From Camelus ferus (taxonomy: Eukaryota), in assembly GCF_009834535.1 (NCBI RefSeq), contig NC_045707.1:63118001-63182000 (forward strand): a DNA stretch of 64,000 bases, given 5' to 3'. Position 1 is the stretch's first letter. Each line of letters begins with the position of its first letter. Shown here in pieces: positions 51,974 through 64,000 of this stretch. The notes beneath the pieces are model-generated. The model worked only from the letters and a program-made list of their open reading frames with translations. It did no database searches and was not told the origin of the DNA. The translations under genes were made by a program, and so were the position numbers.

Positions 51974-52359
51974 CTGGCAGAAGACACAAGGCTCAGAAGA
52001 GTGAGCTATATTCTTACCCTAAGTTGAGGGGTAAAAAGAAAAATTCTAGCCAGAGGCAAACCCAATTTAACAAAATTACAAAGAGTTTCCAGAAGAGAAG
52101 GTGTAATTTTTTATAAAAGACCTGTGTCACTATAAAATAAATGATCTTAACTTATCAGTCCCAGCCTGGGGACCTCCTCCTCCCCCTCTTCATCACCACC
52201 ACCAATAACAGCAGAAAATACTAAGTATTGGTTCATTGCCTATTGTTGACCTGACGCTAAAAAAGTTTAAAAATAAAGCTAAAGAAACCCTGGCGCTCAT
52301 GTGAGATAAAAGATCAAACAAAATAGCTGCAGTGAACAAAATTAACAGTTTTATCTCTC

Positions 52360-52500
52360 TTTTAAAAAAAAATTTACACTTTTTTTTTTTGGAGGGTGGT
52401 ATTAGGTTTATTTATTTACTTATGTATTTTTAATGGTGGTACTTGGGATCGAACCCAGGACCTCGTGCATGCTAAGCACACACTCTACCACTGATCTACA
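52360..52500 (-). mobile_element. vic-1-type camelid SINE with an altered 5' head
   Basis: Reverse complement reads tcagtggtagagtgtgtgcttagcatgcacgaggtcctgggttcgatcccaagtaccacc plus an A-rich tail. Confidence 0.9.
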
Positions 52501-53104
52501 TACATATATATGGGGAGGTACTAGCGCCAACTTGGTTTTACAGTTTTACACCCTTCCCCAACCCAGTCTTCTCTTCCAGACTAGAAGTGCTAAGGAATTT
52601 TGAGACCAAAACATGGTCAAGCAGAATTATTTATGGAAAGTTTAATGGGAGAAGCAGAATTTGATTTGATCCTTGAAGTAACTGCTGTGTGTGTGTGTGC
52701 ACATGCCTGTGCAGGGAATATTATATTTATGGTGCACAGTCAGCAGTTTTTACTCTATTCCGTAGTTTAAGGACACTACAATAGGCCATTCTACCACTTT
52801 CAAAATGCAGAACAATAAGGTAAAATGGAGAACTTTAAAATCTGTTTATAAGAAGTTTATTGTTAACAGGAACGCTAAATCCTACCACTCTAATTCAGAC
52901 ACCTCTTGGAGGTGTTGCACACGTGCCTACATTTAAACAGTTCCAATAATATTAAATATGTGCGTCATTTTGTCCTGAACTGTTTTTGAAAATACACTGC
53001 ATTTAGATTTTTGAAGAATAATGTAAAGGCTTTTCAGAAAAGTAAACAAAGTGAGTAAAGACACAGAGTTGAGAATCTCACGTGGAAAAGGAGAAAGCCA
53101 CTAT

Positions 53105-53990
53105 AACTTTATTCATTCATTCATTAAACAAATATGTATTAAATTTCCTATTCAAGGCCAGATAATGTTTTGGGAATAAATAGCTGGCAAAAACCTAGTC
53201 CCCAGTCTTAAGGAATTCAAAAGTAGAAGAGAAAGTACAAGAGAAAGACAGATAAACACCTAACTGTATTATAATAAGATGGATGTTATGAAACACAGAG
53301 GACGAAATGATTAATTAGTTCAGAAAAGGCTTCACAGAAGAAGTGACATTAAAGTGCGTTGTTGAAGGATGAAAGGTTACTCAGATGAATGTGGGAAGCA
53401 GCTAAAAAGGGCAAATCTAAGCAGAGAAAACATGAAAAAAAGCTAGTCTGCTTTTGAATCCTCTGTTATCAGGTGGAAGACTTTGGTCTTAATAAATAGG
53501 CAGTAGCAGGCATAATAACATAATAAAAGTAATGGCTTAGGAAAATTAACTTATCTGCGGTATACAGGGTGGCTTGATGTATGTCGAGACGGGAGACAGG
53601 AAGTGGCTACTGATGAATTGATGTATGTACAATAGTGATGATGCATTACAACAGGTGTTGCTGAAGGACTGTTGAATCTCAGAGATATTTTGAATGAAAA
53701 ATCAACTGACACTGATGTCTTGGTCCCCTTAGTGGGTGATGGAGAGGAAGCACCAAAGAAATAACTACATGGAATGACTTGATGGAATTTTCTTTAAAGG
53801 TGTTGGGGCAGGTGGGGGAGAGCAACTGACAGAAACGGAGAAGTGGAAAAAATTTTGGTTTGAAGGGCGAGCTATAAAGATCCGTTGTAGACATGTTGCA
53901 AGGAAGGTAACAGAGAACATTTAAAAAGCAAGATGGTCCAGGAAATTGAAAGTCAAAGCCGAGGTCGAAGAGAAAGAGCAAGTGCTAAAC
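53105..53990 (-). mobile_element. L2 LINE
   Basis: attcattcattcattaaacaaatatgtatt...tagtccccagtcttaaggaatt...aaaaggcttcacagaagaagtgacatt. Confidence 0.8.
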
Positions 53991-54632
53991 AGCTTTTGGC
54001 AATAAATAGCAATTTGTATAGAAACATAAATGGGGTCTCAGAAAGAATCAGCTCTTTTTAAAAATTATTTCTTACAGTATTAGCATTTCCTATATTGGTA
54101 TTGAGTAATACATGTGAGAGGAGTTATTAAGAATTCTTAGCACAGCATTAGATACACCAGAAAAAAAATAAATTCCTTGATGTCTCAAAGTGGCCTCTGC
54201 CTGAATGTGTCTGATCTGAATATGCCTGATCTACTCAGAGTCACGGAGATGAGCGGGAAGAGAGGATGCACTGTTGGAAGGGAGGGCTGTCGGCAAGTTC
54301 CTATAGAAAAGCTGACTCATTTTAGTGAAGAGTAATACCAGGCAGACACTTTTGTCTCTTGTCATCAGAAAAGAAAGAAAAAAAAAATCAAATAATCTGA
54401 ATCGAGATCAAAAAAAAGTCAGATACATCAAACCAGATGAAGAAGATGAGAGCCAAGCCTGAGCCAATTCAAGTGGTGGTGAGATACTCACAGGCATGAA
54501 AAGACTGGAAAATAATCCTCAGGGAAGACGTGGGTGACATCAGAGCAGCCACAAGGACTCAGTTTTCTAGAAGGGTGGGTCTGAACATAAATGGCTCTGC
54601 TCTGGTAGAAAAGACAGGCACACTTCCTCTAG

Positions 54633-55220
54633 GTTAATGAAAGGGTCCTAATGAGGTGAGAAGCCCCATAAAAAGACCAGCAGGACCCCCAGGCAGGGCC
54701 ACTACTCTCCTGCCAGCACCATCCAGTTCCTTGGCCCACAGGCTCTATCTCACTTTTTGCCTCTGAAATGGCTTACTTCTAGGAAAGTGAAACTTACCCC
54801 TAAAATTCTACTGGTTCCCTGAGCTCACTCCTGATTGGTTATTTCCTTCACTCCTGATTGGCCCATTTTCCTAACTTCTGATTGGCCCATTTGTAGTACT
54901 TCATTTGCATGAAGCTCACTCCTAATTGGTTAGTTCTCTCCCTCCTGATTGGTCCATTTCTACAAAGCTTGTTCCTAATTAGTCAATTTTTGTTATACCT
55001 TATTTACATATGATGTTGCAAAGTGTAAACTGGCAGCCTATAAAAGCCTGTGTAAACCTACAGACAGGGTCCAGAGCTTCGAATGTTAACTCCTCTGGGC
55101 CCGCTAATGTAATAAACCTGAGTTCTCCAACCCTCTGAGTGCTGCTTGGTCTCTCGCCCGGATCCAGGTTGCTGTCACACCAAGCTGTAACACTGAGCTG
55201 TAACACGTTTTTCTGTAACA
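54633..55220 (+). mobile_element. ERV1 solo LTR with CCAAT array (LTR12/ERV9-like architecture), inserted in a MIR
   Basis: TSD ctag at 54629-54632 and 55221-55224; ends (t)gttaa...tgtaaca. TATAAAA at 55039-55045, AATAAA at 55111-55116 and repeated ctgtaacac in U5. MIR sequence resumes after 55224. Confidence 0.85.
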
Positions 55221-55329
55221 CTAGACTGGAAGAAAAATAACCGCCACTCACTAGCTGTAGGACTTTGAACAAGTTACTCAGTCTTTTCAGACTCTCAGCA
55301 TCCTCACCTGTAAACACACGTGGTTGTGT

Positions 55330-55820
55330 AATTTCAGTAAGATAATACTGAGCACCTGCTATATCCCAGATGGTCTGCCTAGTTCTGGAGATAAAAAGAC
55401 AGAAAGACGTGGATCCAACCTTCAAAGATCCTATACTTGTAGAAGGACAGACAAAGATGAAAACAAATACTAAAATAGCACCTGCTATATGTAAAAATGG
55501 ACATAGGTTCAGAACAGAGCAGGACTACACAGAAAAGGCTGAGGTTTGTTCTGCCTGGAAGGAAGAAGGAAAGCTTCTCTAAGGATGATTTGAGTTTTCT
55601 AGGAGGACACAACAGAAACGGGCATTTCAGACAGAAAGGATTATCTAGGAAAAGTCATAGAAATTTGAAACAGCGTGGCCTATCTGTGGGACTCCAGGCA
55701 GGGAGTATAATGGGTAAGTGGCTAGTGATTAGGGCATAGAGAGACAGGAACAAAATCATCCAGAATCCTCCACGCCAAGTTAGGAAGCTAGAATTAAGTG
55801 ACATCGCCAGATCTACATTT
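55330..55820 (-). mobile_element. L2 LINE
   Basis: tactgagcacctgctatatcccag...ctagttctggagataaaaagacag...ccaaccttcaaagatcctatac. Confidence 0.75.
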
Positions 55821-58800
55821 AGAGGGATGACTATGAATGCCAGAAAGTAGACTAGAGTTTGGAGCAACTTGAAACAAAATAGGACAATACTGCCCAATCA
55901 TGAACAAGGAGCACATAATATGGGCTTAATCTTTGTGATCACAAAGTATACCAATTAGTTCTCAAAAATTTAGTTCAATTTTGTGATGACCAATGGTGAT
56001 CAAACAAGATATTTACTTTGGATTTCCAAAAGGTATGAATTGAATGTGGATTCAGACAGTAAGTATAAACACAGATACAGAAGTAAATATGTATATAGAT
56101 ACACATATAGATAACCAAATAGATGTCAATACTTCCTTTTTCAGTATTTTCATTTGTTTATTTAAGGTACTGTCTTGTCTCAGTTTTTAATGTTGACAAT
56201 ATCCTCTTGGATACAGATAAAGGTACTCTTCTTATCCATGGAGTCAGCAAGAATGCTCTGAAGAAAATGATGTAAACAATGCAATCTAATTCCATACATG
56301 TTTACTGATTGTGTACGAAACCTCTGTATGTTCGAGACTGGGAAACAAAATGCATTTGGGACACAGTTCTTGCCTCCAAGCAACTCCCAATATGATGAGG
56401 AAGACAGATACATGTACAACTCATTAATGCTATTTGATGGGTAAAGTGTTTGTAGCCAAAGCACTATAGGAGTAGAGAATAGAGAGAAAGTTGTGCAAAA
56501 ATGCTTTCAGTGTCTATGACCCTGTTGATTCGACCTCAACTGATCTATTAAAAAAAAAGAAGAAATAAGATATGCCATTTATATTTCATGTCTCTGAGAA
56601 TCTATACCACCATGAGATAAAGACTTTTAAGATTTCATAGGTACAACAAAATGCCACATGAATCACTACTAATCTGAACCCCTTGCTGACACAGGACTAG
56701 AACAAGGGATATAGTTATACCTAGCACTGCGCATTTTGGCTGCTTCTCTCTTGTTCTTCATGATTTATTCAAATCATGACAAGTTAAAGGAGAGGAATAC
56801 AATCAAAAATTGAAATGAGAAAAGCAAACCTACTGGGGAAAAATATTCTCAGGTTTAATTTATGTGATATGGTATCTCTGTGACTTGGCAACGCTCATCT
56901 TTTGTAAACACACAACACAACGCCATATTTGTAAAAATTAGAAATTATTTGGATTCTAAGTTTCCTAAAATATTAAAAGAATTTGACTATGTCAGTCATT
57001 TTTATCTACTTCATCCTATTTCTCTAAGATTCTAAATAGTCCAAAAGCATTTCAAGCTTTACTCAGTTGAAAGTTAGCTAGGTGTACTTGTGAAATACAT
57101 CATTGTTTAGCTGATTAGTTAACACTTGATAGACTGCTAAATCATAAGAATAAATGAAATAAAACCAAAAGCTAGTGAAAATAAATTTTGCTCTATATAG
57201 TCATGTTCTTAAAAAATAACATTTCAAAATCGCATGTTTAAAATGCACACGCATAAGACGTTAATAATCATTCTTACGTGCAGCTTGTTAAAGCAGTCAC
57301 TTACATTAAATTCAAAGTTAGGTAAACACACACATATACAGTATGCATTGAAGAATAATTTTAGAAAGAATCACCGTTAACGCCTACAATGAAACAAGCA
57401 CTGTGTTAAAATTTTACCTCTGTATTTGTTCCTATAACCTTCTGCAGAAAGTGGTACATGAACATAATAATCCAGGCAGATCTCTACTGACATAACATTA
57501 TTCTGTGATTTCACACAAGCTTCACAATAAGTAACCAAAATATGTTCTATATGTTCTTTTAACTGTCAACCACATTTCATCCACTGCCAAGCCACAAATG
57601 CTCTAAGACGCCTTAGTCAACCCAGGAACTAAAAAAGCAATTATATCTATAAGCCTATTTAGATGACTTTATAAGCCTGTCACAACCCCAAATAACTCCC
57701 TGCACAAGTTTTTATGAACTGTTTGAGAGTATTCTCAAACATGACTAACTACAGAGAAAGTGGGTTACACTGTGAATCTCTTCAATGACTACTTCCTTCG
57801 GCTGCCTTATGTTTTGTTTCTAACATCCAGGCTGAATGTGTCACCTCTCATGTTATCCAAGAGGTGACACAGCTAAGGGAAAATGAAACACAAAAAGTAC
57901 TGCATTGTATTTAACTAAATCCTGAGCCTTCTTCATATTTACTCAAAAACCTTAATGATATAGCAATATTGATATGGCAGAAGTTTCAATCAGTTAGTCA
58001 TTTACATATTCATTAATTATGATAATCCTGGGTTTTACAGAACAATCTTGAATGTGCTTCAAATAATGTCAATCACAGTAATAATTATGAACAGGTTGTC
58101 TAATTACACGGCTCATTCTGATTCTAGCAGACCCCGAAAAAAATCACAGTGAACAACCACCATATGCTGTGTGTTCTTAAAATGTTCATATCATTTAGCT
58201 TCCCTTTATTTTTTAAGATTTCTTGACATTTTTTTCCTTCTGTTTTCCTTCAAACACTTAACCAACGGAGTTTTATATATTTTTAATCTCCATATCCTTT
58301 TTAATTCAATGAGTGAGGTCCTATGTAGATACAAAAACTGTTATAATCTTTCATAAATTATCTGTTGACCTTCATTTCAGAATTTTAACTTTTGGCCAGA
58401 CTTTTACTACCGAATACCTCACAGATGCTATACTTTGGGTTAAATGCTGAGAAATGATGGTAAAATAAACAGTCCTTAACCTGATGAAGCCTACTGTCTA
58501 CTGGGGGAGATTTACTTCCTGCCCGTTGCTAGCTACCATGAACTCATACTCAATCATCTACATGTCACTTCAGGATCCTTTCTGTAGAGAGATGATAGTT
58601 TCTTCATCTTTTCAATAATTTATCTCTACTTTGGCAGTAAGAATCTTCCTCTATCTCCATGCTTAATTGTTTTGACAAGCTGGTAAGTCATTTCGATAAA
58701 ATCAGACTTGCTAATCTTTTCTGATAGTCACACACTTGTTTCTCACATCCATCACGAGAAGTCTCTATGTTTTGCACACATTAATAACAAGCTAATCAAG

Positions 58801-61800
58801 GCACTATAATATTTGACTGATAAAATATAAGTCAGAGTATTTTTAAATACATACTGACTAATCATCTTAAATAAATTCAATTTTTATTTAAATCCTAACG
58901 GAAACCTTCTTACACCATTTGGAATAATTCCCCAAATAAGGTAATTAACCCCCAGAACTTATTAACATGGTTATCACGTAGTTAATTTATTTTATTTTAT
59001 TTTAATTTGCGAAATAAATAATAAATCAACTGACCCTAATTCTGTAACAAAATTGTTATTAACTTAATGAAATGTATTAAATAACACATTTTTGTACTTT
59101 AATTTCAATACTTAGTGATATAAATGGTCAGTTCATTAAATAAGGTAGCCTAATAAAACTCTGCATTAGTTGCCAGATCATAGAAGCCTGCAAAGGTCCA
59201 AATAAAATAAAAAGCATTAATTTTTCTTCCAAATTTGAAAGATTTAGTGACCCATAGCAAACAACTCCAGAATACATAGAGCGTTATGGCCCAGAAAGTT
59301 AACCAATTCAGAAAGGACGTTTCGTATTTATTCCCAAAGCTTACGTATTATTATATCTCAAAATCAACTACCATAATATTCATGAATTGATTGTAAAACG
59401 AGCAATGAAAATCTTCACAATTCAGGGTGCAAAATCTGGACTAGCAATCCATTTCTAAGTGCAAAAATATTAAATTACCATCATTCCAGGATCATTCAGA
59501 AGTATCATGTGAAGGCGATTTCTTTGCTCTTATTAACTTTTAATATATGATTCACAAGCTATTCCAAAGGGGAATCATTTTTGGTAAAGTTGGTACTATT
59601 ATACTTAAGTATAATATACCTAACAGTAATAATAATATTGAGAATAAAATAATGAGAATAAAAATTTGACTCTTAAAACTACGGCACAGGGATGTCAGAC
59701 ATATTTTGAAGGTAGAGAGAATCAAAGTCTTACAGCTATTAAGTGTCAAGAGAATCAAAACTTCAATCCACGGGACAGGCAGAACAAAAGGACTCGCACT
59801 TCATTCCAGGAAACTGTAAAGCAACAGCACTGTGACAAAAATAATTTAATTAAATTGGTAAAACAGATCTATGAGACTCTGAGGACACTGATATTTGATA
59901 TTCATCTCTGCTCCCCATCTCTCGCAAAGAACTAGCAAAAATTGAGCAGCCAATAAAATGTTTGTTCTATATTGAAAAAATGAACAAGTCAATATAGATT
60001 AATCCCCGGAAATAATTTGTCAACTGGGGACCAAAAAATGCCAACAAAATGCTTAGCAATGAATAGAATATCATTTTGTCCTGAGAAGCCGAAGTATGTT
60101 CAGGCCTGGGAAGTGACAAAACACAACAGCTCTCAAAAGAAGCCAAAGAGTCCAAGAAAAGCTCCTTATTATCTTAAAAAGTAAGGTAAAGAAAATTTGT
60201 TTGAAAATTTTCATTTTCAAATTAGTCTTCTTCAGTTGCGTATTGCATTTAATCTCCTTCAAATTGGACTGACTGTGTGGATAGTTAGGAAGATAATGTA
60301 ATCAAGCCAAGTTTTGCTCTGAAGGCACAAACTAACCTTATCCTTAATCAAAAAACTAGGGAAATAAATAATATCTAAATGAAAATATCCCACCATACCA
60401 CCACCACTACCACCACTACACCCAAGAGAACAGAAGTCTTTCTTTTTAAAGGATTTATTTTCCAAGCAAAGCTGAAGACTTAGGGGAAGAATAGAACTTA
60501 ACTGAGCATAAAAAATAAAATAAAAATCTGAGCAAATATTAGAGAACATATTTGAGCCATGTAATATAAAAATAATAATAGGTTGCTAAGTGTTCTTCCT
60601 GTTCCATCATTTGGCTAACCCTGTGAGATTTAACTCATTAAATTTCATTTTCCAAACATCTATGAATATGAACAGTGTGACTGAGGTTATGTATCTGTGT
60701 TTTTGAGCTCATAACCAGAACAACTTCTGACAGAGACTTGGTTGGTCAACCAAAAGCCACCACCTCAAAAAAAACAAAAAAACAAAACTCTACATTGACC
60801 TACACCTCTTAACTGAAGCTACCACACTAAAGGGAAAACGCAGTATATATTAAGAAAGTAATATGTAGCAGGTTAGTACTAATATTACCATGAGGTTTAT
60901 TTAGTCCATAGAAATTGGAAAAATGAATGCCTTATTTTAAGTACTTGAGAATTCTTTGAATGAATTGATAAACAGAATGAATTAAATGTATGACTGAATG
61001 GAATGGCAAAAAAAGAAGGGCAGCAATCCACCAAGCTAGTGTATATAAAATTAATGATCACAGCACTCAAGAAAGGCATCTCTGAACTATAAATAAAATA
61101 TGGAGAAGAGAAAATAAAATGATTAAAGGAATTAATTGGGCACAGGTGGGTTTGAAGTAGAGCAAAGAAAGCATTTCCACATATCTTAATTTTTAAAGAC
61201 AAATATGACAAAAGATGACACTCCAATCATTAGAAGGGATTTTATTTCATCAGCGCCAGGGAGAGGTAAAAAGCTAAAGATATAAATAGTTTCAAAAGGG
61301 GCTTACTTAAATTTGCGAATGGTGGATCCACAGAGATTATTTAGCTCAATGTCAAAACGTGTTCTACTCAAAGTCATCTTTTTGGATTCATAGCTGAGGA
61401 GAGGCGCCTGAGTGGTGGTAGTCTAACCATTACCATACTCTTAGACTCCTAAGAAAAATGGTAACAGAGAAGTGTACTTTCAAGTTACCTAGCAGAATGT
61501 CTTTCTCTGTTTCACAGTGAATCCACACATGTAAAGTGTTTCACGGTTCACAGCAAATGCGACGTAAGTCTTCATTATTTTAAGTGTTATTTTTATTTAT
61601 TTTATTTTACTATTTACTATTTATAATTATTATTATTATTAAGCGTTACTGGAGTAACTGAGGCAAAAATCTTCATCAACCTCAAATTATCTTACTGCTT
61701 TTTTGCTTTCTCTTGATGGGAAGCTCTTTACATTTTTTGATTCATATCACTTGAACTCACTACTTTCATTTATCACATCCTTGTCCAGTAACATCTTAAC

Positions 61801-64000
61801 AGTGCTAAAGTAACCTTGATGAAAAGGAAAAAAAAAAAGGGTCCCATAAAGTGCTACGGACTGAGACAGTCACTCCTTGCTCAGAAATGAGTTGTGTTCT
61901 AATGTCCTTTAAAACATACAGCTGCCTGGTTAAGGATGATTAATAATTAGAAAATTAATGATTATTCTTTGGCTGCCCTCTCGGTCCCCAGCTTTCCTTT
62001 TTGGTTGTACTTATGTTACAGGTCTTGCAGAGCAAATTCTTTTTAACACATCTGGAAAAACACTGAATAATTCATGGTGAACAGTTCATATATCATAGGA
62101 AGATAAACGTTTCTACCAGCGATGGTCAAAGTGACAGATTAAACTGGTATAATCTGCTTTTGCAAATAATAAATATTTGAGAACAATGATGTCAAACAGA
62201 ACATTTCCTTATTTTGGTATAAGTTTTTGGCATCATCGCTTTTTTTGTTTATCAAGAAACGTCTAACCATTTTTAGCAAGTTGGAATATTTTGCTTACAA
62301 ACTGCTCTTCCATAAGAAGGGAATGAATGGGTTAATTTTCCCTGCAATATTTCTAGATATGAAAAGACAGCATAGCATTATTGTTAGGCTCCAGATTCCG
62401 CAACGGTTTTCTTCTTAGAAAGTGTCTAATCCTATCAATTTATTGGTTGCTTTTGAAATTCCTAAGAAGATGCAGGAAGACCTTGACACCATGCAAACCT
62501 GAATATGGCCTTTGGAAGAAATACTTTCTTCCAAAGGGAACGCTCATTTATCTTTTATCTCTAAGTTTAAAAATATACAAAACCTGAAACACTTAGTGTC
62601 TTTCTGAACGTCAATAGCTTTTTAAAAAATCATCCTTTAAGAACATACATGAAACTTCAATTTGCAGCTTTGTTTCAAATTTTAAAAATTCATACAGAAA
62701 AGAAAATGGGGAAAAAAAAAAAAGAAAAGAAAATGGGAGGTACTGTAACTAAGAAAGCCTCCCAGATACATACCTGAACATACAGAAGTATATGTGAATA
62801 TATGTGAATACTAATGAATTACGTTTGCTTTTCTTCCCTTTCTAAAGATACCTCACTTAATAAAAGTCGGTCTTCCATTTCAATCAGCAAATGAAGCAGA
62901 CTTTCATTTTCTGAGATTTAACACACCTTGAAAACATGCTCTTTAAAAGTCTCCATTTTCCATACAACCGTGAGGCCAAGTCTTGTTTCTTATAAAAGAA
63001 ATGCAAATGTAAACAGAAGTATGACTGTATTATCTGTACTTCAGTTGTTCTTTTATCCTCAGAAAGGTATCTGTGCCATCAAATTTCTAAATCAGTTCAT
63101 GTACATCCACAATTAACAAATGCTCAGCCTTACTCATTCTTCTTCCTAATAGATAATCCCTCCCAGAGCTACCATCTCACCAGTACAGGAGTTTGTAAAA
63201 TGCACAGAATTGGTCCTAAAAGGAGGCGATGTCAACACAGTGAGTTATTGTGTTGCTTTATCAGCCTTGGGGAGAGTATCTTTAACACGTTAGTATAACA
63301 GAAGTAGTGCCTGTTTTCACTGTTCCTCTTTGCTAGAAATTCTTAGCATCTCTTCAGTCACCTTTAGATGGACTCCAAGTCTCTGGCCTGCTTCTTAACA
63401 CTGGCATCTTTTTCGGATTATTTTGCATGCTCTTTGAATGTTAGTCTAACACTCAGTGCGTTGGGTCTATGACCATCAGAACTTCTCCTACACGGACTCA
63501 GAATTCAGACGTGGCCGATGAGACACACTAACGCTAAGGAAAAAGCAACCCATTCTCCCAGAATAGACGGCCACAGCTCCCCAGGTCCTCTCAAATGAGA
63601 AAAAAATAATTTTTTCTCTTTTCTTAAAAAAAAAAAAAAAGAAAGTCGATGTTTTCAGCACAAAGAGCAATTACTTTGCAGAGTGGTTAGGAGGGAAGTA
63701 TAAGGGGACAGCCCAAAGAAGTCCATTTTAAAGACTGTGACCCCCAAACGACCCAAGCAGGCACTCCTTCTGCTTTTCTTCTAGACTTTCAATGTAAATG
63801 TCACTTTTAAGCTACTGACAAGGATCGAAAATTCCATAGACCCTTGGGATTAGCCATAGAAGCTTTTAAATTCAATCTGTGTCATTCATTTGAGAATAAA
63901 ATCTCACCAACCAGTCGGAAACAATTGGATCACCTTCCAAATTACTGACTTCTCAGGAGTAGAATATTGTATGTGGATTTTTTTGTCGTAATAGACAAAA

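Noticed and set aside
51675..51989. Hydrophobic FFLS-repeat ORFs
   Set aside because: Translation of the (GAAA)n/(GGGA)n repeat.
55000..55425. 141-aa minus-strand ORF
   Set aside because: Spans L2, MIR and LTR fragments with no protein similarity.
1..64000. Neighbouring TRHDE exons (WFGDLVTP... upstream; DYLTIHKYG... downstream)
   Set aside because: Searched by eye on the minus strand and not found; they presumably lie outside the window.
1..64000. Prokaryotic-type systems (CRISPR array, operons), NUMT or processed pseudogene
   Set aside because: No regularly spaced repeat-spacer array, long ORFs, mitochondrial-like or retrocopy-like sequence was recognised; the window is mammalian intron.

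Overview
Mammalian nuclear DNA, almost entirely intronic, within TRHDE (thyrotropin-releasing hormone-degrading ectoenzyme / pyroglutamyl peptidase II, an M1 zinc aminopeptidase) transcribed on the minus strand. Two coding exons are present: 49303-49440 (138 nt) and 17921-17986 (66 nt). Both are phase 0-0, are joined across a 31,316-nt intron and encode ...FDWIAYKK|GAALIRMLANFMG..., which includes the conserved M1 transition-state tyrosine. Four tRNA-derived vic-1-type SINEs, with no recognisable Alu, B1, Bov-tA/Bov-B, PRE-1 or SINEC, point to a camelid genome. The rest is ordinary mammalian repeat content (MIR, L2, L3/CR1, L1, MaLR/ERVL/ERV1 LTRs, microsatellites). Repeat families were recognised by eye, so boundaries are approximate unless a target-site duplication (TSD) is given. 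I found no demonstrably new biological system. The best leads concern RNA processing around the TRHDE exons (candidate poison exons, an intronic poly(A) site, a juxtaposed 3'/5' splice site, inverted SINEs flanking symmetric exons) and two motif-rich ERV1 solo LTRs antisense to TRHDE.
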